DNA of 63,804 nt, counting the filler, from Octopus bimaculoides (taxonomy: Eukaryota): assembly GCF_001194135.2 (NCBI RefSeq). It is 10 parts of 8 records of this genome, joined end to end, with 100 filler letters (N's around TTAATTAATTAA, not from the genome) between each part and the next. Parts side by side here need not be neighbours in the genome. Positions count along the whole stretch, not along the records: positions 1 to 2,773 come from NW_026340587.1; positions 2,874 to 20,257 come from NC_068989.1; 8 more parts are not named here. One strand, written 5' to 3'. The notes beneath the pieces were generated by a model. That model saw nothing but the letters and a program-made list of their open reading frames with translations, had not been told where the DNA came from and ran no database searches. Positions 1 through 11,345 of this stretch are shown here, one piece after another (position 1 is the stretch's first letter; every line of letters begins with the position of its first letter). A program made the translations under genes and the position numbers.

Positions 1-245
1 TGTGTGTGTGTGTGTGTGTGTGTGTGTATCTTTGTGTCTGTGTTTGTCCTTCACCACCACTTGACATCTGGTGTTGGTGTGTTTATGTCCCCATAACTCA
101 GCGGTTCAGCATAATGGACCAACAGAATAAGTATCAGGCTTAAAAAGAAAGGTAAAATAAGTACTAGGGTCGATTAATTCCACTAAAAATTCTCCAAGAC
201 AGCACCCAGCATGGCTACGGTCTAATAACTGAAACAAGTAAAAGA
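1..245 (+). mobile_element. CORE-type tRNA SINE, 3' half
   Basis: Diverged match to the 3' half of the copy at 17571-18080 (TTGACA..GGTGTGTTTA..AATAAGTAC..ACTGAAACAAGTAAAAGA), preceded by (TG)n. Confidence 0.85.
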
Positions 246-303
246 TAAACTATCTCATGTTAATTAATTGATACATATTTTAGGAAATATTTCATTTAAT
301 CAA

Positions 304-470
304 ACATAGGCACAGCAGTGGCTGTGTGGTAAGTAGCTTGCTTACCAACCACATAGTTCCGGGTTCAGTCCCACTGCATGGCACCTTGGGTAAGTGTCTT
401 CTACTATAGCCTCGGGCCGACCAAAGCCTTGTGAGTAGATTTGGTAGACGCAAACTGAGAGAAGCCTGTC
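304..470 (+). mobile_element. CORE-type tRNA SINE, 5' half (ends at gap)
   Basis: A box TGGCTGTGTGG, B box GGTTCAGTCCC and CORE-like CACCTTGGGTAAGTGTCTT. Confidence 0.9.
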
Positions 471-731
471 NNNNNNNNNNNNNNNNNNNNNNNNNNNNNN
501 NNNNNNNNNNNNNNNNNNNNNNNNNNNNNNNNNNNNNNNNNNNNNNNNNNNNNNNNNNNNNNNNNNNNNNNNNNNNNNNNNNNNNNNNNNNNNNNNNNNN
601 NNNNNNNNNNNNNNNNNNNNNNNNNNNNNNNNNNNNNNNNNNNNNNNNNNNNNNNNNNNNNNNNNNNNNNNNNNNNNNNNNNNNNNNNNNNNNNNNNNNA
701 TGAAATGATTTTCATAGCAATATTTTTGATG

Positions 732-801
732 GCCTGATAACTGAAGAGATGCCGGCGTGGGTTTTCACCCCAACATCCAAAACTTGTAGTTTTATCATGG
801 C
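732..801 (+). ncRNA. Decayed type I hammerhead ribozyme
   Basis: Stem I GCC-TGATAA / TTATCA-T-GGC, core CTGAAGA, stem II GATG/CATC, then CAAAAC in place of CGAAAC, stem III ACT/AGT and a GTT triplet. Confidence 0.55.
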
Positions 802-924
802 TACCAAATAATTGCCACATATTATATTTACAGATAAATTCCTCTATTTACATAATATCGAGGTCTCTTTCATTCTTTTGTTGTCTTGCCATTTTTATCA
901 ATATATATATATATATATATATAT

Positions 925-1142
925 ATGTTTGTGTGTCTGTGTTTGTCACCTCAACCATTACTTCACAACTGATGTTAGTGTGTTTACATCCCTGTAATTT
1001 AGTGGTTCAGCAAAAGGGACTGATAGAATAAGTACTAGGCTTACAAAGAATAAGTCTTGGGGTCGATATGTTCAACTGAAGGCGGTGCTCCAGCATGGCT
1101 GCAGTCAAATGACTGGAACAGGTAAAAGAATTAAAAAATGAA
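925..1142 (+). mobile_element. CORE-type tRNA SINE, 3' half
   Basis: GATAGAATAAGTACTAGGCTTACAAAGAATAAGTC..GGCGGTGCTCCAGCATGG, shared with the other copies. Confidence 0.88.
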
Positions 1143-1693
1143 AGAACAAACATATTAAAGAATTAGGTAGAGTTCTGGAATATCTTTTACAACCTGTGGG
1201 GAAGGAAAAGGGCAAGAGAGCCAAGGTGAGGGAGGGGTGGGGTTTGGGTCTAAAGAAAAAGGGAAAAGAAGAATTTGAAATGTTTGGAAAGAAAATTCTT
1301 CTAGAAATGTAATTCCCATTGTACGAAACACAGGAACACTAAATTTTTTTTTTTATTTAGAAAGAAAAAACCCCCATCTAATTTTTTTCCCAAGAGGTAG
1401 GGATGGCTACTCTGAAAGTCCACTGAAATCTATATTGATTATGAGTAATAGGCAATTAAATGGAATTAGGTGTTTAAGTATGAAGTAATTGATCCTTATA
1501 CAAACATACATACATATATACATGCATGTATGAACAGGTGCATGTGTGTGAGTGTGTATTTATGTATATGTGTATACATGAAATAAATGATCAATCATTA
1601 GATAAATATTATGTCTAATTTACTTATCCAAATATAATCTCTCTCTCTCTCTTACACACGCACATGCACAAACACATACACACACATGCAAGT

Positions 1694-1850
1694 ATCATCA
1701 TCATCATCGTTTGATGGAGTTGCAAGCTGAAGACTTCAATTATCTATTATGACATGGCTTTTACAGCTGGATGCCCTTCCTAATGCCAACCACTTTGCAG
1801 ATTGTACTGAGTGATTTTTTCATGGCATCAGCACTAGTTCTTTATACGTG
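1694..1850 (-). mobile_element. RTE-type 3' tail fragment
   Basis: (CAT)n followed by CAGCTGGATGCCCTTCCTAATGCCAACCAC, as in the RTE 3' end at 50171-50900. Confidence 0.65.
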
Positions 1851-2411
1851 GGACCATCATGGGTGCTTTTTATAAGGCACATCCCCTTTTCCATGCTTGC
1901 ATGGGTCAGATGGAATTTGTTGTAGTAGATTTCCAATAGCTGGTTATTCTTCTTGTCCCCAACTGAGGTAATATTTCCCCATAGTGAGACATGTTTCTCA
2001 CAGAAGACTCGAAATGAACAATCTTGCATGTATAATGAGGTTGTTTGTTTGCATCCCTTGAATAATGTTTGGATAAGGGGAAACAAACACACACACATAC
2101 ATACAAATATATATGCGTGTGCATGTGAATATATATATGTATATATATATGTGTGTATATATGTGTGTGTGTATATACATATACATATATATATGTATAT
2201 ATATATATATATATATATAACCTCGTGGGCATCGGTACCATTTTCCTCTTTCTCCGTTCTTCCATTCTCCGAACTTTCCATCTTTCCGACGAAGGGCTAC
2301 GCCCGAAACGTCATACACTCTCTCTTTCCTTTCCTGAGCGTCCAATAATACTATCCATATCACGTCCTCACTTTGTTGTTTTTTTGTTTTTTTGTTATTG
2401 TTTTTTTGAAC

Positions 2412-2448
<37 letters not shown>

Positions 2449-2539
2449 ATATATGCATGTATGTATATGTATGTATGTATGTAAGTATATATGCAAGTAA
2501 GTATGTATGTATATATGCAAGTATGTATGTATGTGTATA

Positions 2540-2773
2540 TATATATATATATATATAAATCGAAATCAAAATTGAACCAAATTTGATGACAGGCACCCAT
2601 GCCAGTGGAGCCATCTGAGCGGGATCACTGCCAGAGCAGCAGTCTCGCTCCTGTGCTGGTGACACGTAAAAAGCACCATTTGAGCATGAATGTCGCTAGT
2701 ACCACCGGACTGGCCCTCATGCCGGTGGCATGTAAAAAGCATCCACTACACTCTCAGAGTGGTTGGCGTTAGG
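2540..2773 (+). mobile_element. RTE LINE 3' UTR fragment
   Basis: Reverse-complement match to 50310-50660; ends GTGGTTGGCGTTAGG at a spacer. Confidence 0.8.
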
Positions 2774-2873
2774 NNNNNNNNNNNNNNNNNNNNNNNNNNN
2801 NNNNNNNNNNNNNNNNNTTAATTAATTAANNNNNNNNNNNNNNNNNNNNNNNNNNNNNNNNNNNNNNNNNNNN
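2774..2873. other. Artificial scaffold spacer (44 N + TTAATTAATTAA + 44 N), first of nine
   Basis: The same 12-mer sits inside N runs at 2818, 20302, 32730, 37486, 42299, 46381, 55233, 60163 and 61574. It places a stop codon in all six frames. Confidence 0.97.
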
Positions 2874-2944
2874 TATATATATATATATTCAGTACAATAT
2901 ATATATATATGCATATACATATATAAACATATATATTTGAACAT

Positions 2945-2989
<45 letters not shown>

Positions 2990-3095
2990 GATATGCATGC
3001 ATATATACGCACACACTCCCTAACGCGTGTGTATATATTTGGTTTATGAGTGGGGATGGTGATATACATATACGTATTTATGCATATATAAATGT

Positions 3096-3134
<39 letters not shown>

Positions 3135-3349
3135 TGTGTGCGTGCGTGCGTGTGTGTGTGAGTTTATACGTTTAAAATGTAGATGAATATATAGAAATTG
3201 TAATACTTTGATATATCTCTGTATACGCTTACATGCTTAACACACATTTTCTGTTTCTTTTTTCTCTCTTTAGTTCCACTTCGAGGACTGCGGCCATGTT
3301 AGGACATTGCCGTTTACCTCGCTACACTTTCACTAAAACTCCTCTGATA

Positions 3350-3560
3350 TGTCACATTTGGTGGATGAGGAAGTTTGACGTTGCTGCCCTCATTTGTGTT
3401 TCTTGCCTCGAGGTGGGTTCATCCGTAAAACTTGACAGATAGAGATCCAGTTTTGTTTTGAAAAAGCCTACATCCTCACCATGCAGGTCTCTCAGATTTT
3501 GTGGGAGGATATTGAAGAGCTGTGGGCCTTTAATATCCTCTTCAATATCCCCTTCAATAT
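3350..3560 (-). mobile_element. CR1/L2-group LINE, ORF2 C-terminal remnant
   Basis: GPQLFNILPQNLRDLHGEDVGFFKTKLDLYLSSFTDEP resembles the GP.LFN.LP..FK..LD..L...PDEP end of CR1-group RT ORFs. Confidence 0.75.
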
Positions 3561-3599
3561 CCACTTCAATGATCAACTTCTAATTGTTACATGTTGCTC

Positions 3600-3850
3600 C
3601 AACAATACCGCAACCTTAGGATGAATTTAATCACATAAAATGCTTAAATATTCTTGATTATTAATTCTTCCACGACGGGAAACCATTGGGCCGGTGGACT
3701 TCCAAGTTGTAGCCCCCAATCCCAGATCATAACAGATCCTCCTCCATGTGTCAAAGGCTTCTTTTGACTGTCTCCACACGTATACTCAACCGGTGGTCGG
3801 AAATAAGGTAAAGGATGACTCGTCCGAAAAAATAACATTCTTCCACTGCA
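3600..3850 (-). mobile_element. Tc1-type transposase remnant
   Basis: WKNVIFSDESSFTLFPTTGRVYVWRQ carries the first catalytic D of the Tc1 DDE triad (FSDES). Confidence 0.8.
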
Positions 3851-4140
3851 CCGCATTTAGTTGAACAAATCCACACCGGGACTTATTCTTTGTAAGCCTA
3901 GTACTTCTTCTATCGATTTGTTTTGCCGAACCACTAAGTTTCGTGAACGTCAAAGCACAAACATCAGTTGTCAAGCGATGGTGGGTGGACAAACAAAGAT
4001 GCACAAATCCCCTCACATGGCTTGGGGTTGGGCCCGAGGCTGTAGTAGATCACACTTGTCCAAGGTGCTACGCAGTGCAATTGAACCCGGAACCATGTGG
4101 CTGGAAAGCAAACTTCTTACCACACAGCCACGCCTGCGCC
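3846..4140 (-). mobile_element. CORE-type tRNA SINE, near full length
   Basis: Reverse complement of both the head (ACCACACAGCCACGCCTGCGCC) and the 3' half. Confidence 0.85.
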
Positions 4141-4160
4141 TATATATATATATATATATA

Positions 4161-5332
4161 TGGTGTGATGGGTAAATTGTCACCGTTTTATACTTTGAAT
4201 TTTACGCATGCGATTTTGATTTTGTCGACTACAGAGTATAATAGGATCAGTTGAGCACCATTTGTGAGAAAAACACCACCATGACGCAATTCACTCTGCC
4301 AAAAATTTGTAAACGACATGCTGTAATGCTTGGCATTCGCGCCGGATGTTGGATGAGTCAAATGGTGATTACGAACATACGGCAGGTCGAAAAACTCACT
4401 TCGATCGTTCTGATAAGAAAAGAATTTGTTGGTGAAATCCAGGCCATGATTGACAACGATCTCTCCAAGTCAGTCAGGTCCATCGCCAGGGACATGGAAG
4501 TATCTGATTTCCTTATCAGGCAGGAAGACATTCGTTATTCCTCATACAAGATGAGAATGGGCCAGATTTTATCCCAAGCTATCAAAAACAAGAGGAAAGA
4601 CCACGCTACGAAACATTTTTTAGAAACTCAAGCATCCCCTCCAACCGAACATGCTTTGGTTTTCCTCATGAGTAAAAATTTCTGCCGGGATCAGATGGTG
4701 AACACACAGAACAACCGTTGGCTTTCCTGTTTCCCCAAAACATTATGATGTTTGTAGTGATCACTAGTGATCGCGACGTTATGCTTCTATTCATCTTCTC
4801 ACACGGCCTCACACTCAACACGGAGGCCTACATCAAGTGCCTGGACAAGGTAGCGCTGCCCTGAGTCAAGAGGGTGGCTGCTGGAAACCCTTTGTCTGGC
4901 AATAGGACTCTGCACCATACCATACAAGCAGAGGAACCCAGTCATCGCTATCAGACAATTTCTGCAACCACATCACCTGTAACAACTGCCCACCTATAAA
5001 TCCCCAGATTGCAATTCCTTGATTATCATGTGTGGGGCGCAGTTCAGCGAGAGACCAACCAAATTCCTTGTAAGACCAAAGATGAACCGGAGGCAAGCGT
5101 TATGGCAGCGTTCACAAACTTAAACAAGGAGACAGTCCAGAAGAGTTCCAGGAGATTCCGAAGTAGTGTGGTGGCCGTGATTGAAGGCAATGGCGATTTT
5201 ATTGAACATATTTACTCTTTAGTATTTCAAGATATTTTTATGTAATTTTGGTAAATATATATGTTAAAATGAGATGTCAGTACTAGTTTCATTTTTGGGT
5301 AATTTAGACGACAGTTTATTCACCGCACCCTG
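4161..5332 (+). mobile_element. maT/Bmmar1-like (DD37D) DNA transposon, frameshifted
   Basis: Reconstructed QDSAPYH...PPNSPDCNPLDYHVWG has 37 residues between the last two D. The right end is TTTATTCACCGCACCCTG-TA, with a degenerate left TIR at 4161. Confidence 0.85.
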
Positions 5333-5993
5333 TATGTATGTATGTATGTATGTATGTATGTATGTATGTATGTATGCATGAATTAATATAAGCATGTATA
5401 CAGAAATATATATATATATNNNNNNNNNNNNNNNNNNNNNNNNNNNNNNNNNNNNNNNNNNNNNNNNNNNNNNNNNNNNNNNNNNNNNNNNNNNNNNNNN
5501 NNNNNNNNNNNNNNNNNNNNNNNNNNNNNNNNNNNNNNNNNNNNNNNNNNNNNNNNNNNNNNNNNNNNNNNNNNNNNNNNNNNNNNNNNNNNNNNNNNNN
5601 NNNNNNNNNNNNNNNNNNNNNNNNNNNNNNNNNNNNNNNNNNNNNNNNNNNNNNNNNNNNNNNNNNNNNNNNNNNNNNNNNNNNNNNNNNNNNNNNNNNN
5701 NNNNNNNNNNNNNNNNNNNNNNNNNNNNNNNNNNNNNNNNNNNNNNNNNNNNNNNNNNNNNNNNNNNNNNNNNNNNNNNNNNNNNNNNNNNNNNNNNNNN
5801 NNNNNNNNNNNNNNNNNNNNNNNNNNNNNNNNNNNNNNNNNNNNNNNNNNNNNNNNNNNNNNNNNNNNNNNNNNNNNNNNNNNNNNNNNNNNNNNNNNNN
5901 NNNNNNNNNNNNNNNNNNNNNNNNNNNNNNNNNNNNNNNNNNNNNNNNNNNNNNNNNNNNNNNNNNNNNNNNNNNNNNNNNNNNNNNNNNNNN

Positions 5994-6037
<44 letters not shown>

Positions 6038-6522
6038 CAGTAAACCATCAAATAGGATAGAAGGTATGTGTTTAAATTCTCAGTAAACCCACAGTGAGTC
6101 TTTGTTTTAGTACTTCTAATTTATCCTGGGTTCTGTATTAGGAGCTGAGCTATGCTATTCACTGGAGTAGGAAGGCAGGAAATGCTTTCTGGGGAGCGAT
6201 GAACAAACTGTGAAGTGATCCATCCAAACTCCCTCTCTCTTTATTCTACACATCAGAGACATTGAATGGATATATTTATGTTCTTCTTAGTTAGTCTTTA
6301 TAATATTTAAATTTACTTCGATTCTTATTTATGTTGTGTTGGGAATAAAATCGATATTATTGAATTATTGGCAAGCCATCTAAACCAAAATATGCAAAGA
6401 AGGCTATCCAATGATGTACTAATGGATGAGTATATACGCTGGTACTGTAGTACTAAGCTAAATTTGCATATTTGTGTGTTTGACAACTCGTCATTAAGCG
6501 CGAAAGCTCACACATGCATGTA

Positions 6523-6558
<36 letters not shown>

Positions 6559-6773
6559 TATACTCCTTTTATATTGATTTCACTATCTCATCGTTTCACG
6601 TCAGTGTGTTTTGAAACGTATATACTAATCACGTATCATTATATTGTTGACCATTTTCGAGCCTTCCATTCCATAATGTATACAAGTCGTCTCGGTTTAT
6701 TTTATTAAGAACACTCTGGCAAGCAACTTGAATCGAAAATCTAAGCCGCTTAGGAACATGCGTAACATTGTCA

Positions 6774-6808
<35 letters not shown>

Positions 6809-7339
6809 NNNNNNNNNNNNNNNNNNNNNNNNNNNNNNNNNNNNNNNNNNNNNNNNNNNNNNNNNNNNNNNNNNNNNNNNNNNNNNNNNNNNNNNNNNNN
6901 NNNNNNNNNNNNNNNNNNNNNNNNNNNNNNNNNNNNNNNNNNNNNNNNNNNNNNNNNNNNNNNNNNNNNNNNNNNNNNNNNNNNNNNNNNNNNNNNNNNN
7001 NNNNNNNNNNNNNNNNNNNNNNNNNNNNNNNNNNNNNNNNNNNNNNNNNNNNNNNNNNNNNNNNNNNNNNNNNNNNNNNNNNNNNNNNNNNNNNNNNNNN
7101 NNNNNNNNNNNNNNNNNNNNNNNNNNNNNNNNNNNNNNNNNNNNNNNNNNNNNNNNNNNNNNNNNNNNNNNNNNNNNNNNNNNNNNNNNNNNNNNNNNNN
7201 NNNNNNNNNNNNNNNNNNNNNNNNNNNNNNNNNNNNNNNNNNNNNNNNNNNNNNNNNNNNNNNNNNNNNNNNNNNNNNNNNNNNNNNNNNNNNNNNNNNN
7301 NNNNNATATATATATATTAAAAGGATCAAAGGTACATCC

Positions 7340-7575
7340 CAAGCCATATGTTCGCAAGGCCGGTTTCCCGGATTCTGCGGCGTACATATTCCCCAGCCCA
7401 GGACAGGGTGGCGATCATCGCAGAATTGCTCATTTTTGCCAGTTGAGTGGATTGGGGCAAGGTGAAATGAAGTATTTTGCTCAAGAATACAGCGCATCAT
7501 CTAGTCCAGAAATTGAAACCACAATATTACGACCATTTGTGCAACACCCTGAACTCTTAGCCACACACGACCACA
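7340..7575 (-). mobile_element. tRNA-derived SINE, third family
   Basis: On the minus strand: tRNA-like head (TGGCTAAGAG..GGTTTCAATTTC), TTCTTGAGCAAAATACTT and CCACTCAACTGGCAAAAATGAG. Confidence 0.6.
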
Positions 7576-8237
7576 GCATATATCTGTGTGTGTGTGTGTG
7601 TGTGTCTGGCTGTCTGTCTTTCTTTCTGTCTGTCTATCTGTCTGTCTCTCTCTCTGCATATATATCAGTTTCTGGCCGAAACCTATCTAAGTATATATAC
7701 GAATCTGCGTTCTTGATTTTTTATGTATCTTACGACGATCTAAAATCTTCAGACGAAAATATAAAAATAAATATAAATTATTAAAAGATAACAGGAAGAA
7801 AGAACACATGTAATTGAAAAGCATTGCGTTTACATTTGCTCTGCTGTATATGAGAAGGCCTGCTTTGCTAGAAAAATATTTGTCCCATACCGTACGTATA
7901 CTGATGTTCGGTTATTAAAAAGGTTGTTATGGTGCGGTTTGCGAACTTCTTTTTTGGACTCTTCTATAATATAATATTAGCAAACGCACCCGTCCTTTCG
8001 GCAGTTTAAGTTGCTTTGAGTGTATTTTTTACAACATAATTGAACTACTGAGTAGGTTTATGAGTAGCATGGCAATCTATGCTTCAGATTAACCTCGGAA
8101 CAGAAAACCAAATTGAAGGCTGGTCGTTGTGGAGGTCGGTACAATTCAATGATCATAGAACATATAAGTTTGCAAGCGATGCAAAGTAGAGCTACTGAAG
8201 TATTTTGGGAATAGAATAGATTACGGGTAGATTATGA

Positions 8238-8470
8238 GGCGGCGAACTGGCAGAAACGTTAGCGAGCCGGGCGAAATGCTTTGCGGTATTTCGTCTGCCG
8301 TTACATTCTGAGTTCAAATTCCGCCGAGATCGACTTTGCCTTTCATCCTTTCGGGGTCGATAAATTAAGTACCAGTTATACACTGTGGTCAATGTAATCG
8401 ACTTAATCGCATTGTATGTCCTTGTTTGTCCTCTCTATGTTTAGCCCCTTCTGGGCAATAAAGAAATAAG
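8238..8470 (+). mobile_element. Meta-domain-type tRNA SINE, full length
   Basis: A box TGGCAGAAACG, B box GAGTTCAAATTCC, central GACTTTGCCTTTCATCCTTTCGGGGTCGATAAATTAAGTACC and an AATAAAGAAATAAG tail. Confidence 0.85.
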
Positions 8471-9484
8471 AATAGATTTCGGGTAATGACTATAAAATAT
8501 AATTGCTTTACATGAAAGCGAAACTTCTTGTCAGAAACAGCCACATAAATGGTGTAAGGAAATTGAATGAAGACGTGGAAACTTCCCCTCTGAGAGGGGA
8601 TTTTATTCATCAACAAAGGGAGCTATTTTTTCGGAGAGATGTATGATTGGTACGTTCAAAAATGGCAATATAATACCTACTTGTAAAAGTAGAGGTGAAA
8701 GAATATATTTGCTATATGCTTACAGTGAACGACCACTCTGAAATTGACTTCAGGTAACGAAAAGTGAAGTGTTTGACTTTAGTTCACAAATACTGCTTTG
8801 AACCTTTAGCAGTTCGCAGTGAAAAGATGTCGCCTTCGAAATATCATAATGGATGGGTAAATAAGGATCCTTAAAATGAAAAAAAGCATTGGTAGGTAAA
8901 CAAAAGTATCAACAAATAAAAGAAATGGAAGGAAACATAACCTTTCAAGTGACTCAGTATAGGTAAAGGTAAGCTTGTCAAAGTTTAATGCAGTTTAAAT
9001 ATGGAGATTAAGATTGTTTGGTATTGGATATTCATCGCGTACAGTGTTCCTAGTCAATTTAATCACTGTCGCAGGTGGACAGTCGAAATAAATAGACAAA
9101 ATCTTTTTACTTTTATAATATTCTCTAAGTAATAACACACAGTTACAACATATTAATAAATAATAAATAAAAAGAAAATTGAAAACCACTCAAAAAATAT
9201 CCTCTAATGCCAATATCCGACTACATAGATTAAAAATGCGTGGAAGACCCTACGTACAAAATGAATATGTACATACAACGAATTAGAGAAAAACCCGTGT
9301 AAACCAGCGTTTTTCCCGCTTTATCCATTTTCGAGAAAGCTCTGGGTAAGATGTTATAGTGCATGATCATGCTAGGGACATAAGTAATGTGTGTGTAAAG
9401 TTTGGTGAAAATAGGTTGAGAATTGTGGAAATGTATGCATTAGTCAGTATGCTCACACATTCTGTGATTTATATATACAAAGGT

Positions 9485-9590
9485 AATATAATGTAATGAA
9501 ATATAATATAATATAATATAATGTAATGTAATATAATATAATGTAATATAATACAATAAAATATAATATAACACAATATAATATAATGTA
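9485..9590. repeat. (TAATA/TAATG)n pentanucleotide microsatellite
   Basis: Read directly from the sequence. Confidence 0.9.
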
Positions 9591-9824
9591 TCGTTTCTGG
9601 TTTGGGTGCTGTGCCAAAAATTTGGGGTGAGGAAGGACTTGTCAATACAGTTAACTAATAGACAAGTACTTAAGTTTATGGACAACTGAGGGAGGAGATG
9701 CAATGTTAACCTAGTCAGAAGATTTGAAGGCAGAACGTAAGGAACCGGAAGAAATATTACAAAGCATTTGTCTAATATAAAATAATATAATATAATATGG
9801 TTTTGAAACAAGGCCAATAAATTT

Positions 9825-9960
9825 AGAGGAAGGGGATTAGTTGCTTACACAGAACCTAGTGTTACAACTGGTACTTATTTTATCGAGTCCAAATTGTTGA
9901 AAGGTCCAAATTTGAACGCAGAACGTAAAGATCCAGAGCAATAAACATTTTAACTAAAGC
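9825..9960 (-). mobile_element. Meta-type SINE fragment, diverged
   Basis: ACAACTGGTACTTATTTTATCGA is the reverse complement of the family centre. Confidence 0.6.
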
Positions 9961-11059
9961 ACTAGCAATTCGCCATCTGATATAATATATAACATATGTA
10001 AATATAATATTGGACTTCCTAGTGTGTTACAGAATATTTGTAGGAAAACGTTAATGTACACACTAAAGAAATTGATATATAAGGGGGTGGGGTACAGAAT
10101 ATTTGTAGGAAAACACGTTAATGTACACACTAAAGAAATAATATATAAATTATATCAAACTATTTCTATTCAATTTCTTTCCAATCCATTTCCTATTCAC
10201 AGGATCCTCATTATATTTATTATAATAAATATCATTATTAGAATTATTTAATCTGAAACAAACTTTGTTCAGGATGTGTGAAAATCTAAATCTCTGCTTG
10301 CAGCGAATACGTCACGACATCCTAAATATGCTTTCGATCATTAGTTTTCGTTTATCTAACGTAATTAAATTTCTTCTAATTTTCTAAAAGTATTCTTATT
10401 ATTTGCATTTTACATCAGAAGATTCTTCTTGATCGTATCCGCACTCAAGATATAGCTGATAAATCTCTCTTAAATTCTCCCTCATTGTTTCCAGATTGGC
10501 TGGCTCATGAACGCTTAAGGCATAGATGCTTGGTCTTAGGCCTACTATATCTGATTATTGGTTTGCTATGTTTGATAATAGATCTGCTTTGTCTTACAAA
10601 AAGATGGACTATGCCTGATAATTGGCCTACTAGGAAAGAGAATCATTCAGATTACACTGGTCAAAAAAAAAAAAAAAAAATAGAAATTTGAAATGGTGTC
10701 GAGACACCAAACATCTTTTTTTTTTATAGCTAATTTAAGGGTGCTGAATCTGAAAACGACCTTACTTTCAGAAATGCCTCATTTTAGGGGGAAAACGCAT
10801 TTTTCTTATTTGTTTTATGTATATTTGATATTGATCGATGGCAATATTTCTCAAAGTAAAATTGTAAAAGCCTCTCAATTCGTATTTAAACCAACAAATA
10901 TTGGTCTACTTATTGAGAAATACTATTTTTGCAATAACAATCAGACCCTAGGTCTTTAAAAATAACACGATTGAATATACCAAGACCAACAAGTATTTTC
11001 ATCAAATCATTAAATAAACTAGCAGCAGAAATAAAACCTTCGTGGACATATATGTGTGT

Positions 11060-11345
11060 GTGTATATATATATATGTATGTGTGTGTGTGCATGTATGTG
11101 TGCGTGTGTGTGTGTGCGTGCGTGTGTGTATGTGTGAATATGTTTGTGCGTCTGTGCTTGTCTCACCAGCATCGCTTGACAACCGATGCTGGTGTGTTTA
11201 CGTCCCCGTAACTTAGCGGTTCGGCAAAAGAGACCGATAGAATAAGTACCAGGCTTACAAGGAATAAGTCCTGGAGTCGATTTGCTCGACTAAAGGCGGT
11301 GCTCCAGCATGGCCGCAGTCAAATGACTGAAACAAGTAAAAGTGT
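11060..11345 (+). mobile_element. CORE-type SINE, 3' half with upstream (TG)n
   Basis: Near-identical to 17890-18075. Confidence 0.92.

Noticed and set aside
8238-8320. tRNA gene calls at A/B-box sequences
   Set aside because: They continue directly into SINE bodies, so they are SINE heads rather than tRNA genes.
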